A DNA stretch of 64,000 nucleotides from Macrostomum lignano (Eukaryota), in assembly GCA_002269645.1 (NCBI GenBank), contig NIVC01002695.1, positions 85,073 through 149,072 of the forward strand, in the 5' to 3' direction. Below are positions 22,773-36,000 of this stretch, piece after piece. The notes beneath the pieces were generated by a model. It was not told the DNA's origin, made no database searches, and was given only the letters and a program-made list of their open reading frames with translations. The first letter of the stretch is position 1. Each line of letters begins with the position of its first letter. The translations under genes and the position numbers were made by a program.

Positions 22773-25604
22773 CTAGCCATTTTGCCCCCCTCCGGGTGGC
22801 TTCTTAGCAGTTTAGCGCTTGTCTATAAGCAGTTTTGCACAGTCGCTGAGCAAATCTCACTAATCTCCAAGCAGTTCTGCAGTAGCAAATCTCTAAGCAG
22901 TTGTACACCAATTTTACTGAGACTAAAAAGTTCGAAAAAGTTACATTTCTTAATGTTTGAAACTTTGCAATGTCAATTCATTTATAGTTCTTTTATGATT
23001 ATTTGTTATTTTTAAATCCTCACCAGATTAGTACAATTCTCCTACATTAGCCCTACACCCCCAGATTAGCCCTACTTCCCCCAGATTAGCACTGCTCCAC
23101 AGATTACCGCCGCTTCCCAGATAGTTTCACCTCCCCAGATTAGCACTACTTCTCCAGATTCGCACCACTCCGCAAAAATTCGCATCGCTACTTCTTCTAG
23201 ATTAGCCCCAATCCCCCAGATTAGCCCCAATCCCTCAGATTAGCCCTAATCCAGCAGATTAGCCCCCACTCCCTTAAATCAGCACCGCTCCCCAGATTAG
23301 CCCCCACTCCCTTAAATCAGCACCGCTCCCCAGATTAGCACCACTTCCAAACTGCTAAAAGGCGACTACTATTATCGCCTCAGAAGTTTAAAGTTAAACC
23401 CTCCCCAGAAATCGGCAGTTATCCCCAAAACAACCTGAAATTATCCCTTCTAATTCCGCAAAACAGACTGCAGTCATACAACTCATTTGTACTCTGCAAC
23501 TTTTATTATTATTATTCATTTATCCCTCAAGGACCCAGAATTGTCCCCACAGCAAGCTAAAACTATTCACAGTTAGATATCCTCCTCAGAAGTCTGCCAT
23601 TATTATCCTAGCAGTCTGCAGCTATCCCCTCAGCAGTTTGCAGCTTATACGCTCATAAGTCTCGAGAAACTAACTAACGTCAGCAGTTTGCAGTTTGTCC
23701 CCTTTGCAGTCTGCAATGATCCCTTCAACAATCTGCTGTTCCCCTCAGCAGTCTGCAGTCAATTCATTTGCAGTCAGCAAGTGTTTCCTTAATAATTCTC
23801 ATTTATCCTCTTAGCAGTCTGCAGTTCTCTCAGCTGGCCCCTCAATGATTTAAAAATTTGCTCAGCATTTACTACGGCTCACTAATCGATTTTCGATACA
23901 TATCGCCAGTCTTGCGCAACTCAGCATTTAGCAATACCTTCAGGAGTTTAGCTGCTTAGCAGCATCGTCTGCGATTTAGCAGCCTATGACTGCATTGTAC
24001 GGCTCACTGATTAGCACTGCTCTAGAAGCTTAACGCAGCCCCAGCAAAAGTATCTTTAAATTTAAATTTTTAATACCTGCATGACAATGATTATTCTCAC
24101 AGGTCACAAAGATAAATTCGCTGCTTCAATGCAGACTCGAACTGCCGACTTTCTGCTTAGCCTATGCCTGTTATTGCCTTCTATAGTAACAGGCATAGCT
24201 AGGCTAAGCCTGGCTATTTTGCCTATTGACAGATGGTAAAAAAATCCTTATAATATTCAACAAGTTTAGTAACTTCAGCAGTTCGAATATAACCTTTCTC
24301 AGTCTCCCCCCAGAAATTGGCAGTTATCCCCCACAACAACCTGAAATTAGCTATCCCTTTTAATCCCACAAACAGACTGCAGTCATACTCTTAGCAGCCT
24401 GCAGAATATCCACTGTGCCGTCTACAACTTTCATTAACATCAGCAAACTACAATACTTCACTCAGCAGTCCGCAGTTATCCACTGAACAACTTGCACTTA
24501 ATTCTTCACAGCTATTATCCACTTTAAACTCTGTAGATAGTTATCCCCTCAACAGTTTGCTGCTATGCACTCATAAGTGTGGAGGAACTACCACAGCAAT
24601 CAGTATCAGTATCAGCATCAGTATCCTCAGCAAACTGCAATGATCCTTTCAACAATGTAGAAATTAGCTCAGCATTGTATGGCTTACTAATCGATTTTCG
24701 ATACATATCGGCAATCCTTTGCACCACTCAACATTTAGCAATACCTCCAGCAGTTTAGCAGCATCGTCTGCAGTTGAGTAATTTAATTAATACTTCCATA
24801 GACCTAGATAATAACAATTAATGGGATCTTAGGATTTTACAAATCAAATCAAATTTGCTTAGTGGCTTGTGCGAGTAGCAAAAATAAATTATTGTAATTA
24901 ATAAAAGAATTTTAATTGCTCAGGCAATAGATAATTAATCAAGCAATTCTCAAAATAGTCGAGGCACAAACTACTAATAGATGAATTTATTTAATTTTAA
25001 TTATCCGCTGGGGAGGCGGACTCGAACCTTGGACCTTATGCCTAGCCCAAACCTAGTCCTAGTGCCTACACTGCGGCTATTCCGCCTACTGATCGGAGGG
25101 CACAAAAATCAGCCATATATGCTTCGGCACTGCAGTCAAATACAGAGCAGTGATAGGCTGCTCAGTGTGCACAGGTTGTATGCATGCAGGCAGAGCCAAT
25201 GCACAGTTGAGTGAAATCTATTTATAGCAATTGTCTATGCAGTCTGCCAGTCAGCCAGGGTCAGAATGTACACACGCAGCCACTGAGCATTTCCTCTCCC
25301 TTATTGCAGCCAGTATTGAGGCGTACACAGTGAACAGAGAAAAGTTGTGGCGCAATCTTAATTGGAATTGAAATTCAGTTAGTGAGATTTTGACCTTTTC
25401 TAGCCTCCCATTGAAAGCATAGGGAAAACTCGTTTTTCGAATATTTAACCATCTTCCCATTCGAATTTTTTAAATGCAATTACACCCACACAATCTCACA
25501 AGAATTTGCAATTGAATAAAGCAAGTTTGAAAAAAATCGGTTCAGGCATTCAGGCTGTGGACTGGAATACCGGTCAAACAAACCTTAGAGATTTAGTATA
25601 TTGA
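22773..25604 (-). mobile_element. Non-autonomous Helitron (family 2) with canonical termini, 2.83 kb
   Basis: Minus strand reads A|TCAATATACTAAA ... GCCACCCGGAGGGGGGC (imperfect hairpin) AAAATGG CTAG|T. This gives 5' TC, a 3' hairpin plus CTAG, an A/T insertion site and no TSD. It shares the GTACACACGC..CCACTGAG..GTGGCGCAATC module with family 1. Confidence 0.8.
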
Positions 25605-26113
25605 TGAAATGAAATGATGATGATGATGAGAATGATATATTGTGATGATGATTGTGAGAGTGATGATGATGATGAATGATGATGATGATGTGATGATGAT
25701 GAATGATGATGATGTGATGATGATGATGAATGATTTCTATTTCAGAATGAGGGATTTTAATTTCAATATGCGATTTCTATTTCAGAATGAGGGATTTCAA
25801 TTTCAGAATATGAGATTTCTATTTCAGAATATGGGATTTCAATTTCAGAATATGAGATTTCTATTTCAGAATAGGGGATTTCAATTTCAGAATATGAGAT
25901 TTCTATTTCAGAATAGGGGATTTCTATTTCAGAATATGGGATTTCTATTGATATTTCAGAATATGGGATTTCTATTGATATTTCAGAATATGGGATTTCT
26001 ATTTCAGAATATGGGATTTCTATTTCAGAATATGAGATTTCTATTTCAGAATAGGGGATTTCTATTTCAGAATATGGGATTTCTATTTCAGAATATGGGA
26101 TTTCTATTTCAGA
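25605..26113. repeat. (GAT)n microsatellite followed by a 21-bp minisatellite (TTCTATTTCAGAATATGGGAT)n
   Basis: Visible tandem repeats ending about 35 bp before a splice acceptor. Confidence 0.9.
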
Positions 26114-26147
26114 GTATGATATATGGGACCGCCGGTTATTCCCGCAG

Positions 26148-27035
26148 GTGCTGTACGTGTGCTCGCTAGAGGGCAAAGGCGAGATCGCCGAGCTGACGGA
26201 GACGGCATCCTGCCGCTATCGCATCGTGGTGCTGGCCCGCCAGCTGTGCGAGCACCCGCTCTACCGGCCTAGGCGGACCCACGTCAACCAGCTGCACTGC
26301 CTGCCTGCTCAGAAGCCAGCTGATGCGGACGCCAGCAGTAGCGATGCCGCCGCCGCCGCCGGCAGCTCTGAAGAGAAGAAAAAGCAGCAGGCGCTGCGCA
26401 AACCGGCCGCTCTGGTTGCCATGGAGACAGCAGCCGACAGGCAGGTCCGGGCCAGCGTGCAAAGTCTTGAAGGCATTTTTGGCGCCGACGCCAGAGTGGA
26501 GATTTTGCATAAAGGTGGCCAGGTGAGACTGGTGGAGGCTTTGGGTTGGAACTGGGGTTTTTGGTTATTAATATTCACTAAGCTGATTTAAGTGTTTTCT
26601 GTTAAAAATATGCTAAAAACAATGTACTAATAAAACAGTCAGTGTACTAATATAACAGTCAGTGTACTAATAAAACAGTCAGTGTACTAATATAACAGTC
26701 AGTGTACTAATAAAAACAGCCAATGTACTAATAAAACAACCAATGTACTAATAAAACAGCCAATGTACTAATAAAACAGCCCATGTACTAATAAAACAGC
26801 CAGTGTACTAATATAACAGTCAGTGTACTAATAAAACAGTCAGTGTACTAATATAACAGTCAGTGTACTAATAAAACAGTCAGTGTACTAATAAAACAGC
26901 CAATGTACTGTTAAAAAGCAAATCTAACGCAATATTTGTTATTATCTTGTACTATCTAATTTCCAATCGCAATAACAATTCCAGGTGTTCATAGCGGTGC
27001 ACTCCGCTTCTCAGCAGCAGCAGCAGCAGCAGAAC

Positions 27036-27066
<31 letters not shown>

Positions 27067-27587
27067 CAACAGTGCAGACTCCCCCCCAGATACCGCAGGT
27101 GCAATCGTCGAAATTCTTCAGCGGCGCCACGTGCATCGTAGGCGGCTCCACCTGGTGGCGGCATCAGGTCTGCTTCCGTAAGAGCATCATCCAATTCCAC
27201 GTGTTCGACGATGGCAGGCGATCGGAAATCCGGCTAGGCGAATGGAATCCCGACGCGCACATCGCCATGGCAACCGAGCGCAACCTGCTGCCGGTGCAGG
27301 ACGACAAGGAGCTGGGCAGGCGCACGGAGCTCGTCCAGTTCTACACAGGCGGCGACATTTGCGACCTCACCGGCAAGCCGCGCTGGACTCGACTGCTGCT
27401 GCGTTGCCGCGGCGAGGCCGACAGCCCGACGGCCGTCAGCATCGCCTTCGCCGAGCACCAGACCTGCCAGTACACGGTGACGCTAGAAGGCCGGATGCTG
27501 TGCCCCATCATCGCGGCGGCTGACCGGACAACCGGCCTGGTGCCCGACGATGCCGCGTTTGACGACGCGGAACCGGCGACTCCGTGA
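26148..27587 (+). CDS. ERLEC1: Endoplasmic reticulum lectin 1 (XTP3-B/erlectin), last two exons 26148-26522 and 26985-27587; 5' exons not in the window
   Basis: VLYVC...ETASCRYRIVVL...LCEHPLYR matches the end of the first MRH domain. GGSTWWRHQVCF...FYTGGDICDLTGKPR...CQYTVTLE..LCPII matches the second MRH domain. Phase-0 GT-AG intron at 26523-26984 and an AG acceptor at 26146-47. Confidence 0.85.
26622..26910. repeat. About 20-bp intronic minisatellite (TGTACTAATAAAACAGTCAG)n
   Basis: Visible tandem repeat inside the ERLEC1 intron. Confidence 0.9.
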
Positions 27588-28973
27588 CGGCTTCTGTGTT
27601 TTACAGGGGGTCTCCGTCTGGCCTGCAGCTGGGGGCCCTCGGACTGGTTATTTGCATTCTCGAGAGCTGCGGCTGACTCGATAAGGTTTTTGTGGGCTAG
27701 GATTACATAGAAGGGGATTTCGGATCTGAGATTACATCTAAGAAGGGAATTTGGGAGCTGGGGTGTGTGATGACGTTAAAAGAAGGATCTGGAGTGTAGC
27801 CGTAGAGCAATCGCGCATAGGCATCTGTCACCACAATTGCTCTTTTCTGTTTGACTTTGTTCTAGCTATTCCCTGACAAGTGTCAGTCAGCGTACATTGG
27901 GTTTCTAGTCAGTAGTCCCTGAGGTTAGTGAAAGCCGTTATATGGCCAAGTGTCATTTGTATGTCCTTATTTGTATAGTTTAATCGCCTTTCCTGCGTAC
28001 TAAGTTAACGTCCTCGTATATGCTAATCTGTGTGGCCAAAATGCGAGTTTATGTCTATTAGCAAGTATTCTGTTAGCGCTGAACTGCTTCAACTCTGTTT
28101 GCTCTCTCCTTTGTTTAACCTTTCCTTCTGTTATTGATGATTAATATTGCCATTTCCTACTGTGTTTCATTGTATCGAATGTGCTTTTGTTCTGTTAAAT
28201 TTGTGTATTTTTTTTCATGCAACTTTTGTCTCGTTTGCCTCTTTGTGTCTCCCTCTGTATCCCGTCTTGTGTCTGTCTGCTAAATTGTAAAACACTTGCT
28301 AAAATTATCATCCAAAAATACAACACAGTCCAATACAGGTTTTTGGGCTGCAGGAAGAATTTCAGATTTTTGATTTGAGCATAAATTCCCATGATTCGAT
28401 CATGGTATTGGCAAATAATAGTGATGCATTATATTTGGAATTAATAACTATGTCTACCAGTAATAATATGCTAATTTCGCATCAAGTACGCTTATTGGTA
28501 AATGCCGTCACAATTCAATACGGAGTACGAGTATATTGATCGCAGGGGGGGGGGGGGCAGCTACCACCAAAGTTGAGGTAGTTTTAAACAACCTTACATG
28601 TACCTTACAAGCGGAATAATCGTGACAAATTCTATATACCGTTTACCATAAAGATACCATATAAACCGTCATTATAGAAATCTAGAGAAAGACTTCCGGC
28701 TTATGAGAAAGACAGGTGGACTGGATTACTTTAGCCAGATTAGCTCTGGGGGCAACAGCTCTCTCTCTAATCGAGATGAGTGTCATAATCTAGAATGCGA
28801 CTCATATAAGATCGAAGCCATTTTGGAAGGCCGATAAAGTGGATGCCAACCTAACGACCGTTTTGATATAATTCAGCCTCTTCCATTCTCTGACTAACTT
28901 GGCGACCCCGTGCAAGCGATCCGTGTAATTTATACAGCGGCGCCATTTAAGATGGGGACAGGTACCACTAGCG

Positions 28974-29243
28974 CTATTTGTGTTGGCGTCTTCGCAGAGC
29001 TCTCGTCAGGTTGGCAATGCGCTGACCCCTTGCTGACAGCCAATCAGGCAGATCCGTTACAGTTGGCACCGCCGACTGACCCTTGTAGTACAGCAGGAAG
29101 ATGGTGACCCCGATGCCAACTAGGACCAATAGGAGCTTCTTGCACAGGCTGGCGCCCTTCTTGCGTCCCGCCGCCGACGACCGCAGGTGGTCCGCAGACG
29201 AGCCAGCGCGGCTGATCAGGCCGTGGTGGCGACCGTTTGACAT
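28974..29243 (-). CDS. Possible small single-pass membrane protein (73 aa if the 48-nt intron 29033-29080 is spliced, 89 aa if not)
   Basis: GC-rich ORF with one hydrophobic stretch, LLLVLVGIGVTIFLLYY, flanked by basic residues. In-frame GTCAGT...CTGAT...CAG candidate intron. No homolog recognised. Confidence 0.35.
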   Translation of the reverse strand: MSNGRHHGLISRAGSSADHLRSSAAGRKKGASLCKKLLLVLVGIGVTIFLLYYKGQSAVPTVTDLPDWLSARGQRIANLTRALRRRQHK

Positions 29244-30565
29244 GTAGGGAGTCTGGCTGGTCTGAGGAGATAAGCCGATTCTAGGCAACAAGAAATCAAG
29301 GCGGGTGCGACTTCAGTAGCTCTAGGCGCTGATTGCCTAGTGCTGTTCTAATTGGGAAACAACATTTGCAGCACTTTACTTACTTGATTTTTTGTCAAGT
29401 CAGTAAGTACCGCAGCTGGGTGGGAGCCGGTTTCTCCCACCGGCTACTCAATCTTGAATTGATTATGTTTCAACAGATCCAAGTCGTGGCAATTGTTTAC
29501 CCAGACCAAATCACATTTGCAGAGCCTGCAGGCAGCAAAGCTTCATGTAGCTACTGGTCAATGGCAGCTGGTGCAACTACTTTACTCAGCGTCTTGAAAA
29601 TAAAGCCAAATTTACCTGCCCGCTTGCTACTGCAGCAGACTGCTCAGCAGGTCTCAAGGCGTGTCAGATTTTCAGGCCAAAAGCTTTAACTGCAAACTGC
29701 AAAAGCTCTAACTTGAAAAAAGATAAGATAAAAGCAGGCCAGAGCTCTGGGGAATCGATATGTGAGACCATTTCTGCTTAAAGTTGGATAATCGAGTATA
29801 CATGTAATTAGGGACACGCGTTGCAGAAAGAAAGTGTTTATAAACTTCACACAAAGTTACTGGAATGGGTCATCTGATTACCTGCTTCGTGAACTGGTGG
29901 CAAGCTAAGACCAATTCACGCGAAAATGTTTACAGATTATTACTAGCCTAGAACCTAGCTGGCAGACTAAGACGAGTGGTTGCGCAACCAGCTGGCCGAC
30001 CAACCCCCCTATCCCCCAGTCCCTCCTCCACTCGGAGCGGACGTGAAATAGTTGGAAAAAGGGACGAAATGTAGGGCGTGGATAGGAGAGGGGTTGGGTG
30101 CGGGGGTCTCCACTATAATTTTTTGAACGAAATGGCTCGGCAGGCGGCTGTGAAGTCTCTCGGGGGTTGGTGGGTTGGACAATAGCCACGGCCCAACGAT
30201 TTAACTGAAATCGCCAGTCTTTGCATGCTCTTCGATAAAAAGAATTGAAGGCCAAAGAGAGTTGTGAAAGAAGGCCCCTCCTCTCCAAACCCAACCACCC
30301 CGGCATTCGAGCAAGAACGTGCGGCTGCCGAGACCTTTTATAGCCATCGCCATGATCAGCATTTTACATTTCGTGGCGCAGAAACTGCTTTGATAGCGAA
30401 GTCAATTAATAAAATAAATTATAATTTGATAGGAAATAAACGCATTGAGTCCAAGAAGCAGCATGTTGCAAGCACAGAGGCACTTTGAATATATAATTAC
30501 AGCCTAATTTAAGCTGAGCAGTCAGTAGACTCCTGCAGTTTAACAGAGCTCACTCCTCGGATTTA

Positions 30566-32332
30566 ATGGACACTACTCTGCCAGTTAAACAGCAGCCAAT
30601 GTCACCCAATGCACCGCCTGCTTCAACGCAGTCGAGCCAACAGCGGCCTCAGCAGCACCTCCAGCAGCAGCAGCAGCAGCCGCTGTCCTCTCCTCTGGCC
30701 ACCGCGCGGAGCAATGCCAACTCGACAGTCCCGTTCTCAGCCTCGATCGATGCCGAGCCGTTCGCAGCCTATCGACTGTTCGCCGATCACTCCACTGCGC
30801 AGCATCTGCAGCAGCCGCAGCTGCATCAGCTGCAGGAGCCAACTGATTTGCCAGACTATGCCAGTCTGATGATGGTTGCTCAGCCCGAGCACCAGCATCT
30901 GCATCAGCAGCAGCATCAGCAGCAGCCTCAGCTTCAAAACTATCAGCAGCAGCATCTGGCTAGCATGTACGATCTGCCCCGACCCGAGAAGGTCCCGGTG
31001 TCGACAATCAACTACCTGCCCCAGCCACACCAGCTGCACCAGCCTCACCTGCCTTCGCTTCCGACGTCCTCAACCGCCTATCAGATGCCTCAAGCGTGCG
31101 ACCAGCTGACATCGGCAGTTACCATAGCAACAACAACTCGCTACCCGATCCAACTCGGCGACACTGATGCCGACTGCGCCGCCACCACAAACAGCAGCTG
31201 CTCGCCGACTTCGTCCAGCGCGTCGAACCAGACGCCTCCGACTGGCGCCAAATTTGGCCGAAGAGGCGCCGCCGGGGCAAGCAAGAAGCCGGTGCCGAAC
31301 GATCTGAAGGACTCCAGGTGAAATGAAGTTTCCCATCGATTTTTCTTTATTGCACCTTCAACAATCAGGGCAAGGCAAGGGTTCTTAAAGCTCTATTTAG
31401 TGATAGAACTCTGCAGACTCTATTTGAAACAAAATCCAGGATTCTCGGACTGACTGACCCACTGTGACCCGGGATTCTCGGACTGACTGACCCACTGGGA
31501 CCCGGGATTCTCGGAATGACTGACTGACCCACTGGAACCCAGGATTCTCGGACTGTCTGACTGACCCACTGGGATTCGAGATTCTCGGACTTTCTGACTG
31601 ACCCACTGGGACCCGGGATTCTCGGACTGTCTGACTGACCCACTGGGACCCGGGATTCTCGAACTGTCTGACTGACCCACTGGGATTCGGGATTCTCGGA
31701 CTGTCTGACTGACCCACTGGGATTCGGGATTCTCGGACTGTCTGACTGACCCACTGAGACCTGGGATTCTCGGACTGTCTGACTGACCCACTGTGACCCG
31801 GGATTCTCGGACTGTCTGACTGACCCACTGGGACCCGGGATTCTCGGACTGTCTGACTGACCCACTGGGATTCGGGATTCTCGGACTGTCTGACTGACCC
31901 ACTGGGACCCGGGATTCTCGGCCTGACTGACCCACTGGGACCCGGGATTCTCGGACTGACTGACCCACTGGGACTTGGAATTCTCGGACTGTCTGACTGA
32001 CCCACTGGGACCCAGGATTCTCGGACTGACTGACCCACTGGGACCCGGGATTCTCGGACTGGGTACCGCATGCTTACACCCTCCTCCCCGCCAGGTACTT
32101 TGAGCGCCGGAAACGGAACAACGCAGCAGCCAAGAAGTCGCGCGATGCCCGGAAACAGCGCGAAGACGAAGTAGCGGTCCGAGCCAGCTACCTGGAGAAG
32201 GAGAACGCCGTGCTCAGAGCTCAGCTCAACTCTCTGCGTGAGGAGGTCAATTCACTCAGGGAGATGCTTCGAATTCAGCAGCAGCAACAGCAGCAGCAGC
32301 AGAGCAGTCACAGAGACTTGCCCGTGTCCTGA
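30566..32332 (+). CDS. PAR-family bZIP transcription factor (HLF/TEF/DBP/Pdp1/CES-2-like), exons 30566-31317 and 32095-32332, 329 aa
   Basis: A phase-2 GT-AG intron joins KKPVPNDLKDSR to YFERRKRNNAAAKKSRDARKQREDEVAVRASYLEKENAVLRAQL, a PAR-type basic region plus zipper. The N-terminus is Q-rich. Confidence 0.9.
31438..32060. repeat. 33/37-bp intronic minisatellite (GGGATTCTCGGACT[GTCT]GACTGACCCACTGGGACCC)n
   Basis: Visible tandem repeat filling most of the bZIP intron. Confidence 0.95.
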
Positions 32333-33094
32333 TAGTCACTACAGCTGTCCTGTTGATGAGGCACGATTTTAAATGTCCTCCTTCGTATCTTTATGGACAT
32401 TAGGACTGGCTCTCTACCTCCGGAAATCTTTTTTATTTTAGTCTGTTCTGGCCTTTTGCTGAACTCATTTTCTCTCTTTCAATGTCTTACATCTCCGCTA
32501 CCTCCTTATTGTTTAGAACTGGCCTCAGCTATAACCATTTAACGGATAACTATAGTATTCGAAATTACGGTTCAATATAATGTAGCTGGATGGTCACTCC
32601 ATCTCAATTCGGTAATGTTTGCCCTTTTTTAATCGATTTTACCCCTTGGTATCATTTTTACCGTCTCATCCAGTCAAGATTTATCTTCTCATTCTGTCAG
32701 TCTTTTAAGCTCAATCCTGTCACCCTCGATTACCCTCTCGTCCAGTCACCATTTTACCCTGTCATCCAGTCCCCACTTTTTCCTCTCGTCCGGTCACCAT
32801 TTTACCTCTATTACCTACATAGCTGGTATTATCACTCTCACTTTCGCAGAGTTTTCCATCTTCTTTTCAATTTCAACGTGGTTTACGTTCCCAAACTTTA
32901 GTCCCGAGGTCTATGATTGAGTTCAGTCTCTTGCCCAGTTTCCGACGTGCCCCTCCCCTGTTTTTTTCAGCATATGTAAGTAGTATTATGTATTTAAGTG
33001 TAGTCGAAACATTTTTATGAGCAATTCATATTTTCAATGATTTTCCGTGCTATCCCAAAACTGTAAATACAATTTGTTAACGCAGTTCCGTCTG

Positions 33095-36000
33095 CGTTTG
33101 ACTGTCCAGTTGAGTTCGTCCCGAGCTGCACCTGGACAATCGAATCACAGAATGTGCTGTTGTACAATTAAAAACATCAAAGCAACAAAGTTGATGGTGG
33201 CATAAGACTTCGTATAGAGCGTCGCTGTAGTCTTCGTGTCAAAGGCCGCCAAGATCGCGGCTTAAAGTCCGTTGAGCGAGGATGTACTGAAGTACCAAAT
33301 CTCGACGGTGTAGCAACTCGACTCTGGTTTGCTACTAGCAATTTACGTAATCCTCTCTGGACCAGACACTTTCTAAAATCTCAGAAATAAGCTATAGATT
33401 GCTAGCTTTTCCTGTGGTTCTTTCGTCAGTAAAAGCTGATAACTAGGCCACTGCCACAGAACTGCACTCGACTTTTGACAATAAACACATCAAGTTGATA
33501 AAACGTCAATCAAGTGAACAGCTCGTAGTTTAAAGTTGAAAACTCTCAAACAGATTGCAAGCCAAGCTTGCAATCACGACAACCACGTAGAGAACTTCAA
33601 AGCAATTGTTTTGTGTACAGAACTCGCATCGTGTGGCCTTAACAGTAGAACTACCAAGGGGGGGGAATTTCCCCCAAGGGGGGACAATTTTTTTTGCTGC
33701 GCCGGAACGGAGCAACGCAGGCACACGAAATTCAAGAACACGGGCTAACTTTTTGTTGCGCACCTTCTCAAACAAGAATCAAGTCGCCAGCCCTCCGGAC
33801 CGTCGAGATATTCGACGATTCTGCCAGAAGGTCGGATTTTTCCCATAAGCGCTAGTGTATTCAGTACACCCCTGTGCGCCAACCAGCACTGCGCCTCAGT
33901 GCAGCCTTGCCAAGTCTCCAAATTTCATCAGCACGTCGACCACATGTGTCTGCATCAGTTCTGACTTCGTTGGTCACTAGCCTTCACCCAGGTGGAGCTT
34001 CTGGACCCTCAACAGCTGTGGCACCAGGTGACTATGGACACCCTGATGCGGATTTCTCTAGTTTCGCCGATCAAGCCTCGACAGTGGGCAAGAATCAACC
34101 GTCAGACATTCTTAGCTAGTCTCTCAAGCATTCCGTCATCATCCTGACGCCGTCGGCACCTTCAACAGATTACACCAGGTGACTATGGACACCCTGATGC
34201 TGATTTCTCTAGTTTCGCCGATCAAGCCTCGACAGAGGGCAAGAATCAACCGTCAGACATTCTCAGCTAGTCTCTCAAGCATTCCGTCATCATCCCGACG
34301 CCGTCGGCTCCTTCAACAGATTGCACCAGGTGACTATGGACAGCCTGATAAGAATCTCTCTAGTTTCGCTGATCAAGCCTCGACAGTGGGCAAAATCAAG
34401 TGCTGGACATCCTCAGCTAGTCATTCAAGCATTCAGCCATCACGCCGACGCCGTCGGCACCTTCAACAGGTGGCACCAGGTGAGTAAGGACACCTGAGCG
34501 TGATTTTTCATCATGCGCTTAACATTTCTGAAGCTCTCAAAATTTTTTAAGCACGGACATTGCTATAGTTAAGCTTGAACTCATGTTGCTGTATATTTAT
34601 ATTATTATTGGGTTCTTATATTATAGTTCAATAAACTAAACAGCTTGTCAAATAAAGTATGTATGTAGCTCGTATGTATAAAAGTATGTGTAATAATAAT
34701 ATACATATACAGCAACATGAGTTCAAGCTTAACTATAGCAATGTTCGTGCTTAAAAAATTTTGAGAGCTTCAGAAATGTTAAGCGCATGATGAAAAATCA
34801 CACTTAGGTGTCCTTACTCACCTGGTGCCACCTGTTGAAGGTGCCGACGGCGTCGGCGTGATGGCTGAATGCTTGAATGACTAGCTGAGGATGTCCAGCA
34901 CTTGATTTTGCCCACTGTCGAGGCTTGATCAGCGAAACTAGAGAGATTCTTATCAGGCTGTCCATAGTCACCTGGTGCAATCTGTTGAAGGAGCCGACGG
35001 CGTCGGGATGATGACGGAATGCTTGAGAGACTAGCTGAGAATGTCTGACGGTTGATTCTTGCCCTCTGTCGAGGCTTGATCGGCGAAACTAGAGAAATCA
35101 GCATCAGGGTGTCCATAGTCACCTGGTGTAATCTGTTGAAGGTGCCGACGGCGTCAGGATGATGACGGAATGCTTGAGAGACTAGCTAAGAATGTCTGAC
35201 GGTTGATTCTTGCCCACTGTCGAGGCTTGATCGGCGAAACTAGAGAAATCCGCATCAGGGTGTCCATAGTCACCTGGTGCCACAGCTGTTGAGGGTCCAG
35301 AAGCTCCACCTGGGCGAAGGCTAGTGACCAACGAAGTCAGAACTGATGCAGACACATGTGGTCGACGTGCTGATGAAATTTGGAGACTTGGCAAGGCTGC
35401 ACTGAGGCGCAGTGCTGGTTGGCGCACAGGGGTGTACTGAATACACTAGCGCTTATGGGAAAAATCCGACCTTCTGGCAGAATCGTCGAATATCTCGACG
35501 GTCCGGAGGGCTGGCGACTTGATTCTTGTTTGAGAAGGTGCGCAACAAAAAGTTAGCCCGTGTTCTTGAATTTCGTGTGCCTGCGTTGCTCCGTTCCGGC
35601 GCAGCAAAAAAAATTGTCCCCCCTTGGGGGAAATTCCCCCCCCTTGGTAGTTCTACTGTTAAGGCCACACGATGCGAGTTCTGTACACAAAACAATTGCT
35701 TTGAAGTTCTCTACGTGGTTGTCGTGATTGCAAGCTTGGCTTGCAATCTGTTTGAGAGTTTTCAACTTTAAACTACGAGCTGTTCACTTGATTGACGTTT
35801 TATCAACTTGATGTGTTTATTGTCAAAAGTCGAGTGCAGTTCTGTGGCAGTGGCCTAGTTATCAGCTTTTACTGACGAAAGAACCACAGGAAAAGCTAGC
35901 AATCTATAGCTTATTTCTGAGATTTTAGAAAGTGTCTGGTCCAGAGAGGATTACGTAAATTGCTAGTAGCAAACCAGAGTCGAGTTGCTACACCGTCGAG

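Noticed and set aside
33343-33350. PAR-bZIP site TTACGTAA near the PAR-bZIP gene (mirrored at 35951)
   Set aside because: A single 8-mer is expected about once per 65 kb by chance, and the second copy is just the palindrome.
33530-35771. Mirrored ORF pairs in the palindrome
   Set aside because: Short, with non-ATG starts and no recognisable homology. They only reflect the inverted repeat.
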